This document shows positions 58,501 through 64,000 of a DNA stretch of 64,000 bases, one piece after another. Numbering within the stretch: position 1 is the stretch's first letter; every line of letters begins with the position of its first letter. A model generated the notes under the pieces. The model was not told the origin of the DNA and made no database searches. It saw only the letters and a list, made by a program, of their open reading frames with translations. Origin of the DNA: Eledone cirrhosa (lineage: Eukaryota); NCBI GenBank assembly GCA_964016885.1, contig OZ024742.1:97712001-97776000 (forward strand). The letters run 5' to 3'. Made by a program: the position numbers and the translations under genes.

Positions 58501-61500
58501 GCAGGATTCAAACTCAGAATGGTAAGGCCGTAACTCTATGCGTCAAAGCATAGCATCCGACGCTCTACCGATACTGCTAATCCACCACCCTAATGATAAT
58601 GTAAATTCATCATCCTCAACTTTAATAATGATAATAAGGGTTTCGGATTTAGGGACAAAACCAAATTTTTTTAAATTTAATAAATGACCAGTGCATTACT
58701 GATTCTTTATTTTATCGATCCAGTAAGGATGAAAGACATGTTGTTTGATGCTTCACCAGTACACTAAATCCACACCACTTTAATAATGATTTCTGATGTA
58801 AGGACAAGGTGAACAAAATTGGGGTGAGGAGGAAGTCAATTAAACCAATCCCAGTGTATAACTGGTGCTTTACTTTATCAATCCTGTAAGGTTGAATGGC
58901 AAAGCTAACCTTGGCAGGATTTTAAGTGATAATGTAAAGGGCCATAACTCTGTGCTGTAAAGCATGTTGTCCAACATTCTACCAATACTGCCAATCCACC
59001 ACCCTTTTATTGTCCACAAGGCATGGCGTTTGGGACATTACAAGAACAGAAATCAACACAATGTAGGGTTTATATCAAATAAAGTGAATGGGATCAACAA
59101 CGGGAAAACTGTAGGAATAATTATTTCTAATCTAGGCATAGGGGAATGTGTGTGGTCTAGTGGTTAGAGTATTGGACTCACAATCATAATGTTGTGTTTG
59201 CTTCCTAGATTAAGTGGCCTGCTGTGTACTTGAGCAATCATTAAGTTATCATTGCTCCAATACATGTATTTGAAAGTGAGTACTAGCAATAGATGGGAGT
59301 TAACCCTGGTGTCCTGTCCAGGAGGGATTCTCATAAACTTAGGTGTTTAAAACTGAGTCAACTGGGATAACCACTGACATGATGAACCCTGAGACTTGGG
59401 AAAAAAGTGTAGGTACAATATTAGGATGTTTCATAGAAGTAGAAGTCAAATTGAGCCACCACAGTATTTTACTGACCCTGGAAGTGTGAAAGGCAAAATT
59501 GCCCTTGGCAGAATGTGAACGCTGAATGTAAAGAGCCAGAATAAATATTCCAAAGAATTTTTGTCTGACAATCCAATTATCCTGCCAATCCACCACTCTA
59601 TAATAACAATAATAATAATATTTTATAATGGCAATGATGACGAGAGGATTGTAATAATTGTAATAATGAAAAAATATCCTGGTAAGAAGAATGGATGAGA
59701 GTGAAATTCTACATATTTCAACTGATTAAACTGTCAGACAATTGTGAAGAATGGTTTCTGTTGGATTAGGTCTTTGAGAATCTAACCTCATTAACTTTCA
59801 TTTCCCCCACCACCACTCTGTCTGTGTGTATAAATGTATTTCCTCCCACCCACCTCTCTCTACCCTTTATAATTGTCAAATTTTTTCTTCACAGGACATA
59901 ACATATATCATTTTAAATATATATATATGATATGTTTTACAAGCGTACGTATGTGTGTGTGTGTATTTATTGACACATACACACAAAATGCACATATAGA
60001 AGTGAGAATTCATACATCATATATACACATCATATACAACATAAAACAATATGCTTGCTTTCTCACATATAGAAATGTGTGTGGGTATATGTGTAAGTGT
60101 CCATGTATATATGAGTGTGTGTTGGTGTATGAGTATGTATGTTTATGTGTGTGGGTGTATGAGTATGTATGTTTATGTGTGTAGGCATAAACATAGTAAC
60201 TCCACTTTGCATGAGCACTGGTAATGTGAAACCTCTAGTTCTGATGAAGGAATAAACTTAGCTTATAAGATGTATATATTATCAACTAATAATAAACATA
60301 TTAGAGGCTTATAAATATACTATAGACTTTGCTAAACAAAGGGCCAGGACATTCCTTTGGCCATGTGAAAGATATGACAAACTTTCTAGTGCTGGTGTTG
60401 TGATGAAATGTACTAGGTGCACAGTGTAGGATGCAGGAATGCCAGTAAAGGGGAAGCAGGCCCCTGACCTGTCAGAGGTCATTAGCTCTAATCACATATT
60501 GATGTGGTCAGTGATGACTTATCCAACCCTTGCTGGGGAGTGAAACATACATTAAATCATTATTATGATGATATTATCAGCTTATAATACATATAATTTA
60601 TAAAATATATTATATAAATAAATGTACTGTAGGTCTATGATAAATTTATTACAGACTTATATTGAGTATACTATAAGTAGCTAATTGGCAGTCATTAAAA
60701 TGTTGGATAGAATACCTTATTGTATACTTCTGTCTCTCTGTGATACAAGTTCAAATCTCTCCATGATCACCTTTATCATTCAACCTCATGTCACATGTTA
60801 GAGGATGGGGTCGATTCTTTTGCTCTCTGTCTGTCTCTCTCTCACTCCCATTGCCCTGTTTCTCCATTTACCATTATGAATCAGCTATGTTATACTGTAG
60901 GAAATGTCATGGAAGATCACATAGCATTCATTCTCCAGAGATGGAAAATGGTAGAAAGCTGGGATAAGAAGCATTTCTTATGAAAGAATTGGTATGTTGC
61001 ATGAACCATCCAAGGACTGTTTGATGTACAGCATATCATGTACATCAGACTAAAATGATACAGGGTAATTTTTTGTATTAAATACCTATATTTCATATTT
61101 ATGCACATAAATGAAAGTATGTGTGCATGTACCATGCCATGGTACAACAACCACTCTAGTGTTGGTAACATGGATGATAAATGCACCCAGTACATGATGT
61201 AACATGGTTGGTGATAGGAAGGGCATTTAACCGTAGAAAGTTTGTCAAACAAAGGGTTGGGAGGACCCATCAGTTGTGTCAAAGACATAACAACATCTAC
61301 TGTGCATTAGGTTGTAACGTGAGACCATACATAAGTGAGATGCAGGTACCTGGGCTGTCTGAGAGACATGTCCAAACCATCCTATCAGGGAAAGTGGATG
61401 TTAAAATGATGATGGTTATGATATATATCATAGTAGTTTTTACATTAACTTTTCCATGCAGGCAAGGTCTGGATGTGACATATCAAGGCAATATTTTACA

Positions 61501-61733
61501 GCCAAATGTCCCACCTGACACAAACTCTTAACTGCTTCTAGTAAATTAGATACACACAGCTACTATACACACACATATACACACATATATATATTTCAAA
61601 TACACCAGATTCTTTATTTTACACTTTGTGCATAGTATATGAAGATTTCTTGCAATCTCCCAATTGCAAGACCAATGCTCTAACCACTAAGCCCTACACC
61701 TTTACATATTCTAATATATATATATATATATAT

Positions 61734-62417
61734 TGATGAGGACAAACTTTTTCATATGTAACCCATTTGCAGCGCCGCAGCTCCATTATTATCATATTTA
61801 CACATATATTTTTTCCTCCGCTGCCACCAGTCTGTTTCGTTCTTTGTGTCTTTACCCTTTCTAGCAGTCTCTCTCTCTGTTAGCCTCTTCCTCACTTTTC
61901 ACTCACTCACTCTCTGTCACTACCTCTCCTCCTCCCCTTTCTTCCCGTTTGACCTGTCCATAATTCTTTTCTCGCGGGCACTTGGCCAAAACGGTATGAA
62001 TTTTTTTTTTTTCTCTCTCTCTCTCATCTGCGACTTCACAGAACTTATGTTTACCGAATTCGCAGACCAGACCCCTTCTTCCTCCCGTTAGACCTGTGCG
62101 AAATTCCTTCCTTGCTCACATTTCAACCAGGTTTGATGGTCTTTATTCTCTCGTTCACGATTCCACCGAATTTATATTCATAGAAATCTGGAACTTGTTT
62201 CCTTCTTCATCACTTTCTGGTGCTTAAACCATTTTGTTCGTTTACCCTAGCGTCCCCCTTATTTACGTGTCCAAACGACTTTTTTTTAGCCGTTGCTCGC
62301 ACCAACCTGAGGTATATGGCCTTTAATGCGACAAAATGCCTACGACGGTTGGAAGGCCACTGATGAGGACAAACTTTTTCATATGTAACCCATTTGCAGC
62401 GCCGCAGCTCCATTATT

Positions 62418-62424
<7 letters not shown>
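61734..62424 (+). mobile_element. Non-coding element with 64-bp terminal direct repeats (627-bp unit) between TA repeats
   Basis: 61734-61797 is identical to 62361-62424. Confidence 0.6.
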
Positions 62425-62449
<25 letters not shown>

Positions 62450-62461
<12 letters not shown>

Positions 62462-62947
62462 CGAGGATGTGTGTGTGTGTGTCTGTGGACAACTTAGGAC
62501 AGCTAAGGCTCATATAATTCCCAACCGAATTTGACCAAATTTTCTGTGCATGTTGCACCTGTCTCTAAGATGGTCACATCAAAAGGTTTTTCAAATCGAC
62601 CCACGTTGAGCAATAAAAAATCGATAGCAAAATTATTTTTTCTAAAGCGCATGATGTAAGGTATAAATCAATCAAAACAAAATCCTTATGGGACTTTCCA
62701 TTCAAACTGTTGGGACCTACAACTTTTCAGCTGTAGCCTGCACATTTTTTGTCACTCGCGACAAAATTGTAGGTGTTTATTCTCTGCACTACAAAGCTCT
62801 TAAGCGAGCATCGATTTTCTTCTAAGTCACATGTGTCAGCAAACCCATAAAAACTAAATCCTTATGGGATTTTCCATTCAATTTACTTCCTAGCTGTATA
62901 TTCTTAGCATAATTTCAAACACCGGGCAACACCGGGTAAATCTGCTA

Positions 62948-62948
<1 letters not shown>
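62450..62948 (+). mobile_element. Non-autonomous Helitron
   Basis: 5' TATATAAAAGCG..(GT)n; 3' CCGG-GCAACA-CCGG hairpin ~10 nt before terminal CTAG followed by T; the 5' TC is not resolved within the TA tract. Confidence 0.75.
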
Positions 62949-63001
<53 letters not shown>

Positions 63002-63312
63002 AAAAAGAATAACTTTCGCTCTACATGGCTGAATACAATAAATGTAATCTGAGTTTTTTGAATATTAATAATAACATTCAATTTGTTTACAATTATGCAA
63101 ACAAGTCTCAATTTTATAGCCATGTCAGTAGGTGAACATTGAGCTGTACTGATACCCAGAAACATTAATGTCTGCAGTTCTGTTTGCATGTCAACACAAG
63201 AGCAAGAATGAAATGTCCATTCTACTGACACGGCTATAAAATTGAGGCTTGTTTGCATAATTGCAAACGAATCGAATGTTATTATTAATATTCAAAAAAC
63301 TCAGATTGCATT

Positions 63313-63380
<68 letters not shown>

Positions 63381-64000
63381 GTAACGAATAATACAAGAAG
63401 AAAATCGAAAGAGGACTTCTTAATGGTTGTATATAAGTATATATTAACCAGTAGGGCAAACATTTATTATTAGCACAGATTAAATGTTTAAGCAATCAAT
63501 TTCTGCTTTCACCCTAAGCAGAAATTCTTTGCTCAAACTTTTAATCTGTGCTAATAATAAATAACACGACAACCCCACTAGTGTCTTTGCCTTGATAAAA
63601 TGCACTTGGTAGAGTGTGGGGCCATAAGTGAGGATGTGTGCTTCCAACCTGTCTCAATGTCAGTAGACCCACTTCAGTACTGACTGTTTGTGAAAACCCT
63701 TCCAAATTTATCAGAAGGAATCAGTCATTAAATGATAATGATGATTTATTTATTTATTTATTACATCTCCCACTCACATCAACTCATCCATGCCTAACAT
63801 ATTGAGTACTGTAATGTTTTAATTGGATAGTGCTGGAGACTCGACAAAAAGTAACTTGAATACCTCGTAAGGTGGTAATAACTGAGTCTCAATAAAATGC
63901 TCCCAGTACCTACTGCAAAATAGCTGGCATTAGGAAGGACATCCAGATATAGAAATCAAGCCAAAAGTTGAACATACAAGCAAGACATAATCACCTGAAC

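Larger units (their letters stand above)
49750..59600 (-). mobile_element. Cluster of roughly 15-17 Meta-type SINE copies and fragments
   Basis: Recurring GGCACAAGGCCAGCAAT / GGATGAAAGGCAAAGTTAACC / GATTTGAACTCAG near 49760, 49830, 50995, 51600, 53110, 54120, 54445, 54685, 55510, 57085, 57645, 58405, 58645, 58795 and 59430. Confidence 0.85.

Noticed and set aside
49750-59600. CRISPR-like recurring repeats
   Set aside because: Irregular spacing, long diverged units with Pol III boxes, and eukaryotic context: these are SINEs.
60232-60307. CCUCUAGUU CUGAUGA AGGAAUA..UUAGAGG hammerhead-like start
   Set aside because: The GAAA box and stems II/III cannot be recovered; at most a decayed relic.

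Overview
Eukaryotic, apparently gene-free repeat region. The repeat content suggests a coleoid cephalopod (octopus-like); this is inference. Long (TA)n/(TATG)n microsatellites account for all the 'MYIYIY' ORFs, which are artefacts. Embedded in them are retroelements: four Penelope-like element (PLE) remnants, RTE LINEs carrying a PHD finger inside the RT, two near-complete CR1-type LINEs with CCCH-finger ORF1s, a tandemly triplicated Dong/R4 3' fragment, Tx1/L1 remnants, tRNA-derived CORE- and Meta-type SINEs and a non-autonomous Helitron. The main hidden signal is RNA structure. At least seven type I hammerhead ribozyme (HHR) or HHR-like motifs can be folded by eye. Four lie in PLE tails or tail-like DNA, and two of those have a U3-A8 covariant core. 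Two lie inside small non-coding, terminally redundant elements (467-nt and 306-nt units) that look like retrozymes copied from circular RNA. One is in a fold-back repeat. No host protein-coding gene could be supported. Coordinates were counted by hand, and element boundaries are approximate.
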